DNA of 64,000 nt from the NCBI GenBank assembly GCA_040384865.1, contig JAZKIM010000006.1, positions 988-64,987 of the forward strand, read 5' to 3'. The notes below the pieces were generated by a model that ran no database searches, had not been told where the DNA came from, and was given only the letters and a program-made list of their open reading frames with translations. Positions 20,248-31,819 of the stretch are shown here, piece after piece; the first letter of the stretch is position 1; each line of letters starts with the position of its first letter. This stretch comes from Patescibacteria group bacterium (lineage in GTDB: Bacteria > Patescibacteriota > Minisyncoccia > Phycocordibacterales > CAIZLB01). Position numbers and translations under genes: made by a program.

Positions 20248-21516
20248 TCAAAAAGTCAGCAGTTTTTTAAGCTTTTTATCATTTTTATGAGGACCGACAA
20301 TAGCCAAATTTGCTTTTGAAGTTTGAAAAATGTCCAAAGCTGCCTGTCGCATCTGATTGACGCTAACCCCTTCTATACGTTTAGTAGACTCTTCGATAGA
20401 GCGGATCTTGCCGTGATAAAGTTCTTGAAAGGCGCACCGGTCTGCCACGGCATTTGAGGTCTCAAGACCAAGCACGAGTCCTGAAAGACGCATATTTTTA
20501 CACCGTTGAAATTCCTCCTTGCCTGCTAATTCTTCTTTTATAAGCCTCAATTCAGTGACAATACCGTGAACCGCTTCTTCAAGACGATCATTTGCCACTC
20601 CGGCATATACCGAGAAAGTACCACTTTCCATTCCCGCCTGAAAACTACTACCAATGTAATAACAAATACCAAGCTCTTCTCTCATCTTTTTAAACAAACG
20701 TGAACTTGAACTTTCACCGAGAATAGTCGATAGTGCTGAAACGGCAGACTCCCTCTTATCAAACATGGTCGGCGCATGGAATGACAGCACAAAATGAGTC
20801 TGGTCAGTTTGCTTGTAATGGATTTTTACCGACGCATCCTTTTGCTTAATGACAGTCGGCTGCAATGTAGGTCTCTTTGTTTTCTTTATTTGAGAAAACT
20901 GTTTTTTGATATGTTTTTCAACAGTGGCACGATTGAAGGCTCCTGCAATGACGACAAGAGTATTTTCCACAGTGTAGTGCGTATTTCTATATCGAATGAG
21001 ATCCTCTCGCGTAAATGAGTTCACAGTTTTTTTGGTACCAATAATCTCCCGCCCTGCTGCCTGATCACCATACATCAATTCATCAATCACCTGCCCTACT
21101 TTTGCAGACGGATTGTCTTCATACATATTGATTTCTTGAATAACTACACCCTTCTCTTTTTCCATCTCAGATTCGGGAAAAATCGGATTTAGATATAGGT
21201 CTGAAATAATATCAACGAGTTCAACAGCATTCTTCTTGTGACCCTTCGCCCAGTAACCTGTCGAATACGCACCTGTAAATGCGTTATGGCGCGCACCAAG
21301 CATATCGAGCTCTTCTACAATATGCATTGATGACGGTCGCGTGGTCGTCCCTTTGAAGCACATGTGTTCAAGAAAATGAGCCAAACCATTCTCTTCCTTC
21401 TTTTCGTACATAAGGCCTGTGCCGACAAGCACCATTACGGAGACAGCTTGAGTGTTTCGCATTGGAGCTAAAATATATCGAAAACCGTTCTTAAGCTTAT
21501 GTTTAGTGAATTTCAT
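20248..21516 (-). CDS. M16 family zinc peptidase
   Basis: GLAHFLEHMCFKGT (HxxEH); SSRLF..RE..G..Y. Confidence 0.93.
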   Translation of the reverse strand: MKFTKHKLKNGFRYILAPMRNTQAVSVMVLVGTGLMYEKKEENGLAHFLEHMCFKGTTTRPSSMHIVEELDMLGARHNAFTGAYSTGYWAKGHKKNAVELVDIISDLYLNPIFPESEMEKEKGVVIQEINMYEDNPSAKVGQVIDELMYGDQAAGREIIGTKKTVNSFTREDLIRYRNTHYTVENTLVVIAGAFNRATVEKHIKKQFSQIKKTKRPTLQPTVIKQKDASVKIHYKQTDQTHFVLSFHAPTMFDKRESAVSALSTILGESSSSRLFKKMREELGICYYIGSSFQAGMESGTFSVYAGVANDRLEEAVHGIVTELRLIKEELAGKEEFQRCKNMRLSGLVLGLETSNAVADRCAFQELYHGKIRSIEESTKRIEGVSVNQMRQAALDIFQTSKANLAIVGPHKNDKKLKKLLTF

Positions 21517-21618
21517 ACGTCATATGAGTGTACTCAAAATCAGAAGTAAATGAAAGCGTCATACACAAAATACAAATGCCCACCGCCTCGAGAGAGACGG
21601 TGGGCATTGCAAAGAGCT

Positions 21619-22035
21619 CTAGGTCCGCAGAGGTTCAGGACGGTTGAAGTTGACCTTCAGCTCCACTCCACCCGGGATATGAAAGATGGCGAAATCCTGG
21701 GCACAAGGAGCGGGGCTGGTCACGACCGGAATCGCACCGTTTTGAACCAAGTATTTGATCACTTCTTCGCGGTCAGCCCACTTTTTCGGGGTCGTCTGCA
21801 AAACCAGCAGGACACTGGCATTTTTTGCCCCGATGCCGAATTTGAAGAAGGTAACCTGTTGTCGCTCCGAAGGTTGCGCACCGTAAAGAATGACTGTTTT
21901 CCGCACAACAGGATCGTCTTCGGCATTCTGCAAGCCGGGAACAAATCCAAGGTGCGAACAGCAAAACGCCGAAGCCACCGCAGGGTCGATCGTTGGAATC
22001 TGAATTTCCAGCGGACCGAAGGAAGGTTTACTCAT
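21619..22035 (-). CDS. Hypothetical protein (GC-rich orphan, possibly VOC/glyoxalase-like)
   Basis: 138-aa ORF followed by a GC-rich hairpin (~21575-21610); 'F...HLGF' and 'IPGGVEL' are weakly VOC-like. Confidence 0.45.
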   Translation of the reverse strand: MSKPSFGPLEIQIPTIDPAVASAFCCSHLGFVPGLQNAEDDPVVRKTVILYGAQPSERQQVTFFKFGIGAKNASVLLVLQTTPKKWADREEVIKYLVQNGAIPVVTSPAPCAQDFAIFHIPGGVELKVNFNRPEPLRT

Positions 22036-22179
22036 TGTGTATCACCGCAAAGAACCTTCACCCCCGTCGAAGGGTGTTGGCCCTCGATTGTTTTGGTTTT
22101 GGTGGATCGCAATCTTTAGTTTAGCCATAGTGGCCTTACTTAAAGTGACGTGCGAAAACTGGCGTTATAATGCCACGAG

Positions 22180-23592
22180 TTAAATATTCTGTCCAATCTT
22201 TTCCGCAAGGTCTGCAATAGCCACTCTCTCCTGCTTACCGGTGTCTCTATCACGCAAAGTCACGGCTCCATCTTTTTCAAGAGTATCAAAATCAATAGTC
22301 ACACAGTAAGGAGTACCGATTTCATCCTGTCGTCGATATCGCTTACCAATATTTCCATTATCATCAAAAGCAACACGACCGAACTTTTTCTTTAGATCGG
22401 TAAAAACATCTCGAGCCTTCTCTATGAGTGCAGGCTTGTTCTTCAATAACGGAAATACAGCAACAAGCACTGGCGCAACCTTCGGAGAGAACCTTAGAAA
22501 AGTTCGCACCTCCCCCTTTTCTCCATCTTCAGCAACAGCAGAAAGGTCGTCTTCGTTATATGCATCTGAAATAATAGCAAGGAGTGTTCGTCCAACTCCA
22601 AATGTCGGCTCAATGCAGTGCGGAACAAATCGTTGCTTTGTCTCTTCGTCGAAATAGGATAAATCAACCTTACTAGCCTCAGTATGATTCTTCAAATCAA
22701 AGTCTGTTCTGTAAGCCAAACCCAACAATTCTTTTTGACCCATTGGAAAATCAAATTCAGTATCAACGCTGTGTTTTGAATAATGTGCTCTGTCGGCATC
22801 AGCAATATCAACTTGGTGAATCTTTTCCTTCGACAATCCGAGGTCGTCAACAAGAAAAGAAACCTGTTCCTTTTGGAAAGCATCGAAAATATCTTTCCAT
22901 GCATCTGGTTTTACAAAATACTCAATTTCCATCTGTTCAAGCTCACGAACACGGAAGACGAAATCGCGTGGAGCAATTTCGTTTCGGAACGCCTTACCAA
23001 TCTGCGCCATACCAAATGGCAACTTTGGATGAAACGAGTCTACAATGTTCTTAAAGTTAACAAACATGCCTTGAGCTGTTTCCGGCCGTAAGTACGAAGT
23101 AGACGATTCATCCTCGGCGGCACCTACGTGCGTCTTAAACATCATATTGAACTGTCGCACATCTCCAAGCGCGTTTCCTTCTGGACTTTTGATCCCCTTC
23201 TCCTTTATCAAAACATCCATCTGAATGAGCGTCATTCCCTTAGGATCCACGCCTGCGTCTTCAAGTAAATGGTCCGCTCGGTAACGTTTCTTTGTTTTTA
23301 CGTCTTCAACCAAAGGATCAGCAAATCCGTCTACATGGCCAGATGCTTTCCATACATTTTGATTCATTAAAATAGCCGCGTCCATGCCGTACATATCTTC
23401 ACGATCCGTCACGAATCGTTTCCACCACAAATTCTCTATATTCTTCTTAAGTGCCACTCCGAGCGGGCCGTAATCCCAAGTACCAGCAAGTCCACCATAT
23501 ATTTCAGACCCCTGATAGATGAAACCGCGTCGCTTGCAGAGCGAGATGATCTTCTCCATTTGAGACATGTTTGAGGTATTTTCTGTTGACAT
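22180..23592 (-). CDS. glyQS: Glycine--tRNA ligase (alpha2 type)
   Basis: LRPETAQG, GKAFRNEI, IEPTFG, IGKRYRRQDEIGTP. Confidence 0.96.
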   Translation of the reverse strand: MSTENTSNMSQMEKIISLCKRRGFIYQGSEIYGGLAGTWDYGPLGVALKKNIENLWWKRFVTDREDMYGMDAAILMNQNVWKASGHVDGFADPLVEDVKTKKRYRADHLLEDAGVDPKGMTLIQMDVLIKEKGIKSPEGNALGDVRQFNMMFKTHVGAAEDESSTSYLRPETAQGMFVNFKNIVDSFHPKLPFGMAQIGKAFRNEIAPRDFVFRVRELEQMEIEYFVKPDAWKDIFDAFQKEQVSFLVDDLGLSKEKIHQVDIADADRAHYSKHSVDTEFDFPMGQKELLGLAYRTDFDLKNHTEASKVDLSYFDEETKQRFVPHCIEPTFGVGRTLLAIISDAYNEDDLSAVAEDGEKGEVRTFLRFSPKVAPVLVAVFPLLKNKPALIEKARDVFTDLKKKFGRVAFDDNGNIGKRYRRQDEIGTPYCVTIDFDTLEKDGAVTLRDRDTGKQERVAIADLAEKIGQNI

Positions 23593-23639
23593 AATAGGAC
23601 AACTATACGGGTTTTGACTCTTTAAATCAATAAATGCTT

Positions 23640-25571
23640 TTATTGATTTACTACCTTGTCCTGTCCGTACTTATAAGCTGGATCTGTCTCAATCTGCGCA
23701 TCTAATGACGCCTGAATATTTTCAACTATCGTATCCGTAAAATTATCTTTCCCCGCCACTCGCTGAGAATTCACTATGATAGGTGATTGTCCGAACTGAC
23801 TGATACTTGGCTGGAAAGAAATCTGAAATGCAAATTCTTTGGCACTTGAATTGTATCCCGTACCAGCTCCAATCTCTCCGATCGGCCAAGTGATCTCGCG
23901 TTTGTCGGCATTATAAACAACGCCAGGAGTCACTGGGTCTATAACACCAAGCCATTTTACATACGAAGGCAGAGTTGTGGTAAAAACTCCATCCTTTACT
24001 GTATTAAATGAATTAGAAACACTTACCAATACGGTATAAGTAGAATCCTGATCAACAACTGGAGGCAGTGGACCTGTGTTCACGAAAGGACCAGCGGTGC
24101 GAACTAAACGAGTATTCATGACCAGTCCAGACTGAATCTTTATTCTTCTAATAACAGTTGAGGTAATTTCCTCTGGCACTCTATTTTCATTAAGACGCTT
24201 TGCCCGAATCGTTAGCTCTAGAGAAATTTCAGGACGACGGAATGTCATGTTGTTTTGAATACTTGCAGGTAATGACGCAAAACCAAACTGAATACGACCA
24301 ACCCCTCCAGGGGCAATTTCCTTCAAATCCTTTAAAGTAGTTCTGTCCCACAAAATCGTACTATCAATAGAGCGATAAAAACCTTCATCTCCAGTTACTA
24401 CCCGCTTGTCCAACATGGCACCGGTAATCTTTGCTTCCAAAATTACATCGTTTACCGGCACGTCAAGATTGTTTTGCCAAGTTATTTCGCCACCAATTGC
24501 TTCGCCAGCATCAACAACGACAACATCAGCTCCGTTGCCATTCAAAGAAATATCAGCACCAAGGAATGGTTCACGTACCGCAATACTGGCAGAAGTACTA
24601 ACAAATACGGATTTAATAACGGTTGTATTCTGGGGATCTTCTGTTCCTGCCGAAAAGTTAAATACACGCTCGTCTTTATTCTGCCCGATAATGGTACCGA
24701 CAATAGTAATCTCTCTTCGACCGCCAGGCTCAAGATCGCCAAGTGACCATGTATCAGTTCCTGAAAGAGGATCGGGGGTTGCCTTGAAGTATTTAAAACC
24801 AAAAGGGTAATCAACCTTAAGAAGCAATCCTTTAATGATGGAGGTTGAATTTGATACAAGCGTTACCTTAAATGTAGACACCTGATTTGCAGTCACTTCT
24901 CTGAGCGTATCTACAGTGAGAGTGACAGGAGATGAGCCGATGAAAATTGGATAGTCTTTAGTTTTGGTAAAGATACTATCTGAACCAGGCACACGGTATT
25001 CAAGCGTTACTTTAATATTTTTCTTTACATTTTCTTCACCAAACAAAATTGACTTTACTGTCTTGCGAATGGTTTGACCGGACTTAATCGTACCTACAGG
25101 GACACGATCAGTCACAAGAGAAGTCACCCCATCACCTTCCTCCCGAGTACCTTCGGGATATGTTACAACAAGGTCAGCTAAAATGAGCTCTGAATTATTA
25201 TCATTCCTTATATCAATATCGACAGAGAGCACTTCCCCTGCAGGGCTTGCAACGGGTCCGAGCATTTTTATGTCTATCTTGTCAGGAGAAACTACGTTGG
25301 AGCCATTGTAGAAGATATATGATGAAGCGCTGGCCGCAAGAACAAAAAAAGCGACAGCACCTATAAGTACCTTCTTAAAGCCAGCACCAAAACCTGTATA
25401 TTCATCATCCTTACCATATTCTACTTTTGGAATTTCCTGGTCACCCACCCATGAATTATTAACTACAGGGGCATGAGGATGGAGCCGACCGCGATGCTGT
25501 TTTGGCGGTTCCTCGGTCTGTGAATAGAGTTTTTTCTTAAGTTGCTCGATACGACTGTCGTCTTGTGCCAT
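23640..25571 (-). CDS. CPR-type membrane-anchored multi-Ig-like domain protein
   Basis: Single TM near the N-terminus; repeated beta-sandwich motifs ('WSLGDLEPG', 'GPLPPVVD'). Confidence 0.6.
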   Translation of the reverse strand: MAQDDSRIEQLKKKLYSQTEEPPKQHRGRLHPHAPVVNNSWVGDQEIPKVEYGKDDEYTGFGAGFKKVLIGAVAFFVLAASASSYIFYNGSNVVSPDKIDIKMLGPVASPAGEVLSVDIDIRNDNNSELILADLVVTYPEGTREEGDGVTSLVTDRVPVGTIKSGQTIRKTVKSILFGEENVKKNIKVTLEYRVPGSDSIFTKTKDYPIFIGSSPVTLTVDTLREVTANQVSTFKVTLVSNSTSIIKGLLLKVDYPFGFKYFKATPDPLSGTDTWSLGDLEPGGRREITIVGTIIGQNKDERVFNFSAGTEDPQNTTVIKSVFVSTSASIAVREPFLGADISLNGNGADVVVVDAGEAIGGEITWQNNLDVPVNDVILEAKITGAMLDKRVVTGDEGFYRSIDSTILWDRTTLKDLKEIAPGGVGRIQFGFASLPASIQNNMTFRRPEISLELTIRAKRLNENRVPEEITSTVIRRIKIQSGLVMNTRLVRTAGPFVNTGPLPPVVDQDSTYTVLVSVSNSFNTVKDGVFTTTLPSYVKWLGVIDPVTPGVVYNADKREITWPIGEIGAGTGYNSSAKEFAFQISFQPSISQFGQSPIIVNSQRVAGKDNFTDTIVENIQASLDAQIETDPAYKYGQDKVVNQ

Positions 25572-25590
25572 ATAGGGAAATTATAACATA

Positions 25591-26235
25591 CTACAAATGA
25601 CTCTCGCGAACCGCACGCACGAGCTCCTTTCGTGCCTGTTCACTATCACTCTTCATCATTTCTATTAATTCCACACTCCATTCATATTCCACCTTATTAC
25701 CATCATTCATATCCCCTATGTTTTTATTTTTCTGAACAATATATTTATGAAAAGTCTCATCTGCTGCGGCATACCCAAGCACAGCGAGAATTCTTAGCGA
25801 AGCAATCAATTCAACAGCCTCACTCGCCTCTTTAGTCTTCAGCAAATGCCTCTCCGAAAAACAAAAAGAAGCAAGGCTTGAAAGAATAGAGAAAAGATTG
25901 GGGTTTGGAGACTCTCCAACAACCAATCTCTTTACTAATGCCAACACCCTAGCCATCATGATTCGGCCACCAACCGGAATTCGCCGGTCATACAAAGAAA
26001 TAAGCTTACGAGCACTAGTTACTCGCCACAACTCTTTGCCGCGCACTAAAGCAAGCGAAGCGAATGACAGATCTTGAAGTGACGACTTAAGTTTCGAGTG
26101 TTGTACACGCACCGACTGTGCCGCCGCATTCACCAATCCCAAATCAGCCGTAAAGAGAGTGACAAGCCTGTTTGCTTCACCGATGTCTTTGCTATCAATA
26201 ATGAAGCCCTCTGTTTGATAGATATGATATGACAC
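25591..26235 (-). CDS. recO: DNA repair protein RecO
   Basis: N-terminal OB fold 'TEGFII...GEANR...FTADLGL'. Confidence 0.85.
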   Translation of the reverse strand: MSYHIYQTEGFIIDSKDIGEANRLVTLFTADLGLVNAAAQSVRVQHSKLKSSLQDLSFASLALVRGKELWRVTSARKLISLYDRRIPVGGRIMMARVLALVKRLVVGESPNPNLFSILSSLASFCFSERHLLKTKEASEAVELIASLRILAVLGYAAADETFHKYIVQKNKNIGDMNDGNKVEYEWSVELIEMMKSDSEQARKELVRAVRESHL

Positions 26236-26244
26236 GTGTTTTAC

Positions 26245-29200
26245 TTACCCTTTCTTGACTATATTAAACCTGAGCTTCATTCCATCAATGTCAATTTCTT
26301 GAGCCCCTTCTCCTACTTTTCCATACTCAAAGACAGCAGCCTGTACAGCATAAGCAATCATGTCTCGATAGTTTTCAATTGTTTCCTTACCTACATCATC
26401 AGTTTCAATAGTAAGCACTATATAATCAGACGGAGAAAGTTCCTCTTTCTTTCGTGTCTCTTGTATGGCGCGCATAAATTCACGGACTTGACCCTCAGCC
26501 TTAAGTTCAAGTGTAAGCTCTGTATCAATTTGGACAAGACTTCCCTTCTCAACCTTTTTAACATTCAATTCGTCAGCAATAATTTCAGCTAATTCAACAG
26601 AAAGCGTTGTTGAATCCGCATATGTAAATGTTGCAAGTGGCTGACGAACTTTGATTCCCGCCTTCGAACGAAGCATTAATCCAGTTTCAACAAGCTTGCG
26701 AGCTGAAACCATGGACTCAATGAGAGTTGAATCAATTTCACCCGGTACTGGCCAGTTTTCAAGATGGACGCTTTCAACACCATCCACGCCTTTTACTTTC
26801 TGATACAAATCCTCCGCAATAAACGGCACGAATGGGGCCATCACCTTCGCAAGGGTAACCAATATGTATCGTGTTGTTTCAAGAGCTGCCTGTTTGTCTA
26901 CTTCATCTTCCGCCTTGAATCGGTCTCTAGACCGTCGAAGATACCATGTCGAAAGGTCATCGATAAAATCAGCGATTGGCCGTGAAGCGCGGTCTAGCTG
27001 ATTTGTATCAAGAGAAGTGGTGACTTCCAATATCAAAATGTTAAGTCGAGAAACCATCCATCTGTCTAACACGTGCTTACTCCCCGGCAATACTACCGAA
27101 GACTCCTCTTGAGGCGCATAGGTATTGTAAAATGTAAAGACATTCTCTAGTCGGTTGAAAAGCTTTTTATTTACCTCATCAAGAGCCTTCTCGGTGAAAG
27201 CCACCTCTTCACCACGAACAGCAGGAGAAGAGACAAGGAAATATCGAAGTGCATCAGCCCCATATTTTTCTACTGTAGGCATGAGATCGGGATAGTTCTG
27301 TAAACTCTTAGACATCTTCCGACCATCCTCACCAAGGATGAGACCGTTGACGATGACACTTTTAAATGCAGAACGATCAAAAATAGATTTTGAGAGATTG
27401 AGAAGTGAATAAAACCAACCTCGAGTTTGATCCAGACCTTCAGCTATAAAATCTGCCGGAAAAAGTTTACTATTTGTGGCAAGCATCTCCTCTTTGTTTT
27501 CAAAAGGATAATGATTCTGAGCAAAAGACATAGAACCCGAGTCATACCAAACATCAAATACTTCAGGGATACGGCGCATCGTTTCGTCAATATCATTTTT
27601 CCATGTCACTTCATCGATATATGGACGGTGAAGATCGAGTTCAAAACTTTCATTATGCGGAAGGGGCACAAATTTACATTCATGAACAGAACCTGTCGGA
27701 TCAGAAATATCAGTCCAGCCATGACGAACAAGGTCGCGTAAAGTCACACCATTTGCAATATTTATAGCTAAACGAAGTGGCAATCCATGCGTAACAATGA
27801 GAATGCGTGAGTCCACATGTTTTGCATCGATATCATAGAAAAATTCCCCTACGCGCCTTTTAACATCTTCAACAGATTCACCATCCGGCACCTTCTTGTA
27901 AAGATGTTCACTAATATCCTTAAAATATTCCGTGCGCTGACTCCAACTTCCCCCATCAAAATCTCCCGCATATATTTCCCGAATACGTTTGTCATACACA
28001 ATCTTCGTCTTGTCATAGCCAATAACCTCTGCAACAATTTCAGCGGTTTCTTTAGTTCGAAGAAAATCAGAAGTATAGATGACAACTGACCGTGGCGCAT
28101 AACGAAAAATTCATTTCCTCGCCCCTCCTTTCGGATCTTTTCCTTTAATTCTTCAACTGAACTGATAAACTCAGTTTTTCCAGATGTTTCCCCCCTCCAC
28201 ACAGGAAGCGGTGATCCCCAATATCGGGATCTAGAAACTGCCCAATCGCGAGCCCCTTCAAGCCATTTACCAAAACGTCCTTCACCAATTTCTTTTGGCG
28301 TCCATGCAATTTTATTATTTTCTTCAACCAACCTATCTTTAAATTCGCTAACCCTTACAAACCATGACGAGGTGGCATAATTAAGAAGCGGCGTATTACA
28401 TCTCCAACAGTGCGGATACGAGTGCGTATACTTTTCTTTTTTAAACAAAGGAGACGGGACTTTCCTGCCAAGATATTTTATCACCTCCACATCCCCCTTC
28501 TGGTGATCATCAATTGGCTTTGCGGCCTGGCCAGCAAAGTCAGTTACAGTGGAAACAAAGAGGCCATCTGGACCAATGTGGTGAATAACAGGAAGACTTT
28601 CTTTTCGAGCAAGCTTCATATCATCTTCGCCGAAGGCAGGAGCAATATGAACAATACCTGTTCCGTCTTCTGCTGTTACAAAATCAGCTGCATAAATTTT
28701 CCAGGCATTAATACGACGCGCTTCAGCATCACCGAGAAGCGTGCCTGGAGTAACATAATATGGAAACACTGAAATGTATGATTTCCCTACAAGAGCCACA
28801 CCCTTCACCTCTTCAAGGATTTCATACCCAGCAGGTACACCTTCTTGTCCAGCAGCACCTACTCCCGCAAAAACTTTTGGTAATAAATTCTTTGCCGCCC
28901 AATATTTAATACCTTCAAATTCCACCCTTGCGTAATCCAAATCAGGATTAACCGCGAGGGCAACATTACCAGGCAATGTCCACGGTGTGGTTGTCCAAGC
29001 TAATACATAGGTTCCAGGTTCATCTATTAATTCAAATTTAACGAAAGCGGAGATATCAGTGATATCTTTATATCCCTGTGCCACTTCAAAGTTTGAAATG
29101 GAAGTCCCACATCGAGGACAATATGGCATGACCTTGTAGTCTTCATATACCAAACCTTTTTTATTGAGCTCGGCAAATGACCACATGACAGATTCCATGT

Positions 29201-29633
29201 ATGAAGCATCCATGGTGCGGTAATCATCATCCATATCAACCCATCGGCCAAGACGCGGAATAATTCTTTTCCACTCGTCGGCATATCTAAGAACGCTCTC
29301 CCGAGCTGCACGATTGAATTTCTCCACACCTACCTCTTCGATCTCTTTTTTGTTTTTAAGACCCATTTCCTTTTCGATCAAGTTTTCAATCGGCAATCCA
29401 TGGCAATCCCATCCCCATCGGCGAGGAACATGGAATCCCTGCATAGTTTTATATCGAGGAATGACATCTTTTATAGTAGTCGGCAATACATGTCCGTAAT
29501 GAGGTAAACCTGTTGCATAAGGTGGACCATCGTAGAATACAAAATTACCCTTCGGTGAAGGTTTATTCAAACTTTTCTGAAAAATATCATTTTCTTTCCA
29601 GAAAGCAAGGATTCGGTTTTCTCGTTCGTGCAT
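26245..29633 (-). pseudogene. ileS: Isoleucine--tRNA ligase (IleRS2 type) with inserted histidine-phosphatase domain; frame broken at ~28085 as assembled
   Basis: 5' part (27849-29633 ORF): DGPPYATGLPHYGH, GWDCHG, WTTTPWT, GTGIVH, SRSRYWG. 3' part (26245-27999 ORF): DVWYDSG, EGLDQTRGWF, KMSKS. The two parts are in different frames. Confidence 0.85.
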
Positions 29634-29753
29634 ATATATTTAACAGCGGCAAAGAGCCCTCGTTTGTAGCCATTATAGTAGCACCAACCTATATAAAATG
29701 GAAAAGGTCGTCCGGATTGTTACCGGACGACCTCGTAAACAGAATGCTCAAGA

Positions 29754-30113
29754 TCAGACGAGCAGATTGGTGGCATCGTATCGACGATCTACCGGCTGAC
29801 GAGCCCAAATAGGGCTGCCGTTTGGAACGGGCACCTGAACCGGCTCCGGAAAAATGAGCAGCCAGAGGCCTCCAACTTCATCAGACTGGTCGGGCGTGGC
29901 GACAGACTCGGGCACGTAGATATCCTGCTCCGGCGGCAGCTCTTCATCGAGTGGGTTGCTCAACTGGACATTGATTCCAGGCTTCATTTCCGCCCAGGGA
30001 CTCTGATCGAAATCACTCTTCGCCTGAGCCAAGATCGAAAGTGCCGCAAGGGCCAACGTTGCAGACAAAACTTTTTTGAGTTTCATTAGATTCACCTTCC
30101 TCTCTGGTTGCAC
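29754..30113 (-). CDS. Hypothetical secreted protein (GC-rich orphan)
   Basis: Signal-peptide-like 'MKLKKVLSATLALAALSILAQA'; GC-rich hairpin just downstream (~29703-29733). Confidence 0.5.
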   Translation of the reverse strand: MQPERKVNLMKLKKVLSATLALAALSILAQAKSDFDQSPWAEMKPGINVQLSNPLDEELPPEQDIYVPESVATPDQSDEVGGLWLLIFPEPVQVPVPNGSPIWARQPVDRRYDATNLLV

Positions 30114-30275
30114 GCGGTCAAAATGACTGCGCTGTTTTTGTTCTTAAGAGACCTATTCAAATGCTACGCTTGTATATATAAACGGTCAATTGATATGTAT
30201 AAAAGATTCAGCCTCCGGCGCGCAATGTTTGCGCGCCGGAGGCTGTGAATTCTGCGATCCGAGGATCGATTACCG

Positions 30276-30548
30276 TTACTTCACGGTAGTGTGCCGCTGC
30301 CGAACCGTGGGCGAGGGACGAGTTTCGATACCGGGGTCTCTGTGTGGGGACTGACCCCGAGGACCTTTCCGCGTCCGCGCCGAACCGCGCCGCTTCTTAT
30401 GTTTGCGGATCAGGGGGATAAGGCCGCCGCCGAACGCGAGGTTATCAAACCGCCGCTGACTGAACTTCATCTGGACCCCGTTGGCGAGGCGGACAATGAC
30501 GCGTCGGGAACCTTGCTGAATTGGAACTTCACTTTGTTTTCGTGACAT
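30276..30548 (-). CDS. Small Arg/Lys-rich hypothetical protein
   Basis: 90-aa basic ORF followed by a long GC hairpin at 30210-30246. Confidence 0.4.
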   Translation of the reverse strand: MSRKQSEVPIQQGSRRVIVRLANGVQMKFSQRRFDNLAFGGGLIPLIRKHKKRRGSARTRKGPRGQSPHRDPGIETRPSPTVRQRHTTVK

Positions 30549-30883
30549 GACTGCTGTGGACTCTCTGTTTTTGTTTCATTAACACGCTCGAAACCACGTA
30601 CAACCATTTTTGTACAACCTAGCAAGAAATACTATTAGACTTGCATCGACACGTCAAGTTTTTTGTAATAAAAAAGATTCTTAAACGTCTTAGTAATAGG
30701 CTGGAGATAAATCGGAAGACGGTTGCGTCGAGCTTCAATAAAGCCTCAGTTTTACAACGTTTTGCCCTGCAAAACTTTAACCACAAACACTTTATTGACT
30801 CCTCGTCACAACCTTCCCCTTCCACCCACACCAAAGCCGCTCGCATCTGCAGCGGCTTATTTATTTGTATATTTTTAGGAGTG

Positions 30884-31807
30884 TTAAACGCTCAACCTTG
30901 CCGTCTGGCCAACGCAATTATTAACACACAAAGTTTTCCCCTCTCTTTCTTGCTCACATAATTCGCAACAAATGAAATGTAAGTGGCATTCATCATTAAT
31001 ACAGTTTACGTAATGCTCGGTGGTGGTTTTACAATAGTCACATTTACCTATAACATCTCTTTCTTTGGTGGTATCCATAGTAATTCGATTATCAAATACA
31101 TATAGCGAGCCGCTAAAATCCTTTCCTGGGAATTTCTGCATATAGGTGGCCATACCCCCATCAAGTTGGTAAACATCCTTGAAACCTTTTTTAATTAAAT
31201 ATCCCGAAGCTTTTTCACAACGCACCCCTCCGGTGCATACTGTTAAAATTTTTTTCTCTTTCAAATGCTCAAAATCTTTAACTACATTTTTTAATTCACG
31301 AAAATTACGCATACCAGCATCAGTTGATCCTTTAAAATGACCTACTTTGTACTCATAGGTGTTGCGCATATCGATGATATGAAAATCCTTGCCAGCTTCC
31401 CCTCTTTCATACCACGTACGAAGTTCTTCAGGTGGAAGATGTACGCCTGTTGTTTCATTCGGATTCACATCTTCATTGCCAAGTTTTGCAGACACGATCT
31501 CGTCACGAACCTTTATAATTAACTTTTGAAATGATCTACCGTTTCCTTCGCTGCGCTTGAAAACTATATCGGAAAAGCTACCAAACTTACATCCGCCGCC
31601 ATCCCCCTGAGAAGTAAGTCGTGTGCAATATTCATCTATTTGTGCGGGTGTACCTTCGAGCGTACCGTTGATTCCTTCTTGGGCAACAAGCACCCGCCCT
31701 TTGAGACTAAGCTTTGCACATAGTGATTTATGCCAAAACATAAAAGCAGTCGGATCAGCAACCGTGGTGTATTTGTAGTATAGGATTATGTCGTATCTCT
31801 CTGCCAT
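30884..31807 (-). CDS. trhO: Rhodanese-domain tRNA hydroxylase (UPF0176/TrhO family)
   Basis: YYKY, GRVLVAQEGINGT, DMRNTYE..GHF, CTGGVRCEK, LDGG, YVFDNR. Confidence 0.9.
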   Translation of the reverse strand: MAERYDIILYYKYTTVADPTAFMFWHKSLCAKLSLKGRVLVAQEGINGTLEGTPAQIDEYCTRLTSQGDGGGCKFGSFSDIVFKRSEGNGRSFQKLIIKVRDEIVSAKLGNEDVNPNETTGVHLPPEELRTWYERGEAGKDFHIIDMRNTYEYKVGHFKGSTDAGMRNFRELKNVVKDFEHLKEKKILTVCTGGVRCEKASGYLIKKGFKDVYQLDGGMATYMQKFPGKDFSGSLYVFDNRITMDTTKERDVIGKCDYCKTTTEHYVNCINDECHLHFICCELCEQEREGKTLCVNNCVGQTARLSV

Positions 31808-31819
31808 GAATACAATATA

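Noticed and set aside
28075-28105. Programmed ribosomal frameshift in ileS
   Set aside because: There is no slippery heptamer, and a block of conserved domain sequence is missing, which points to a deletion.
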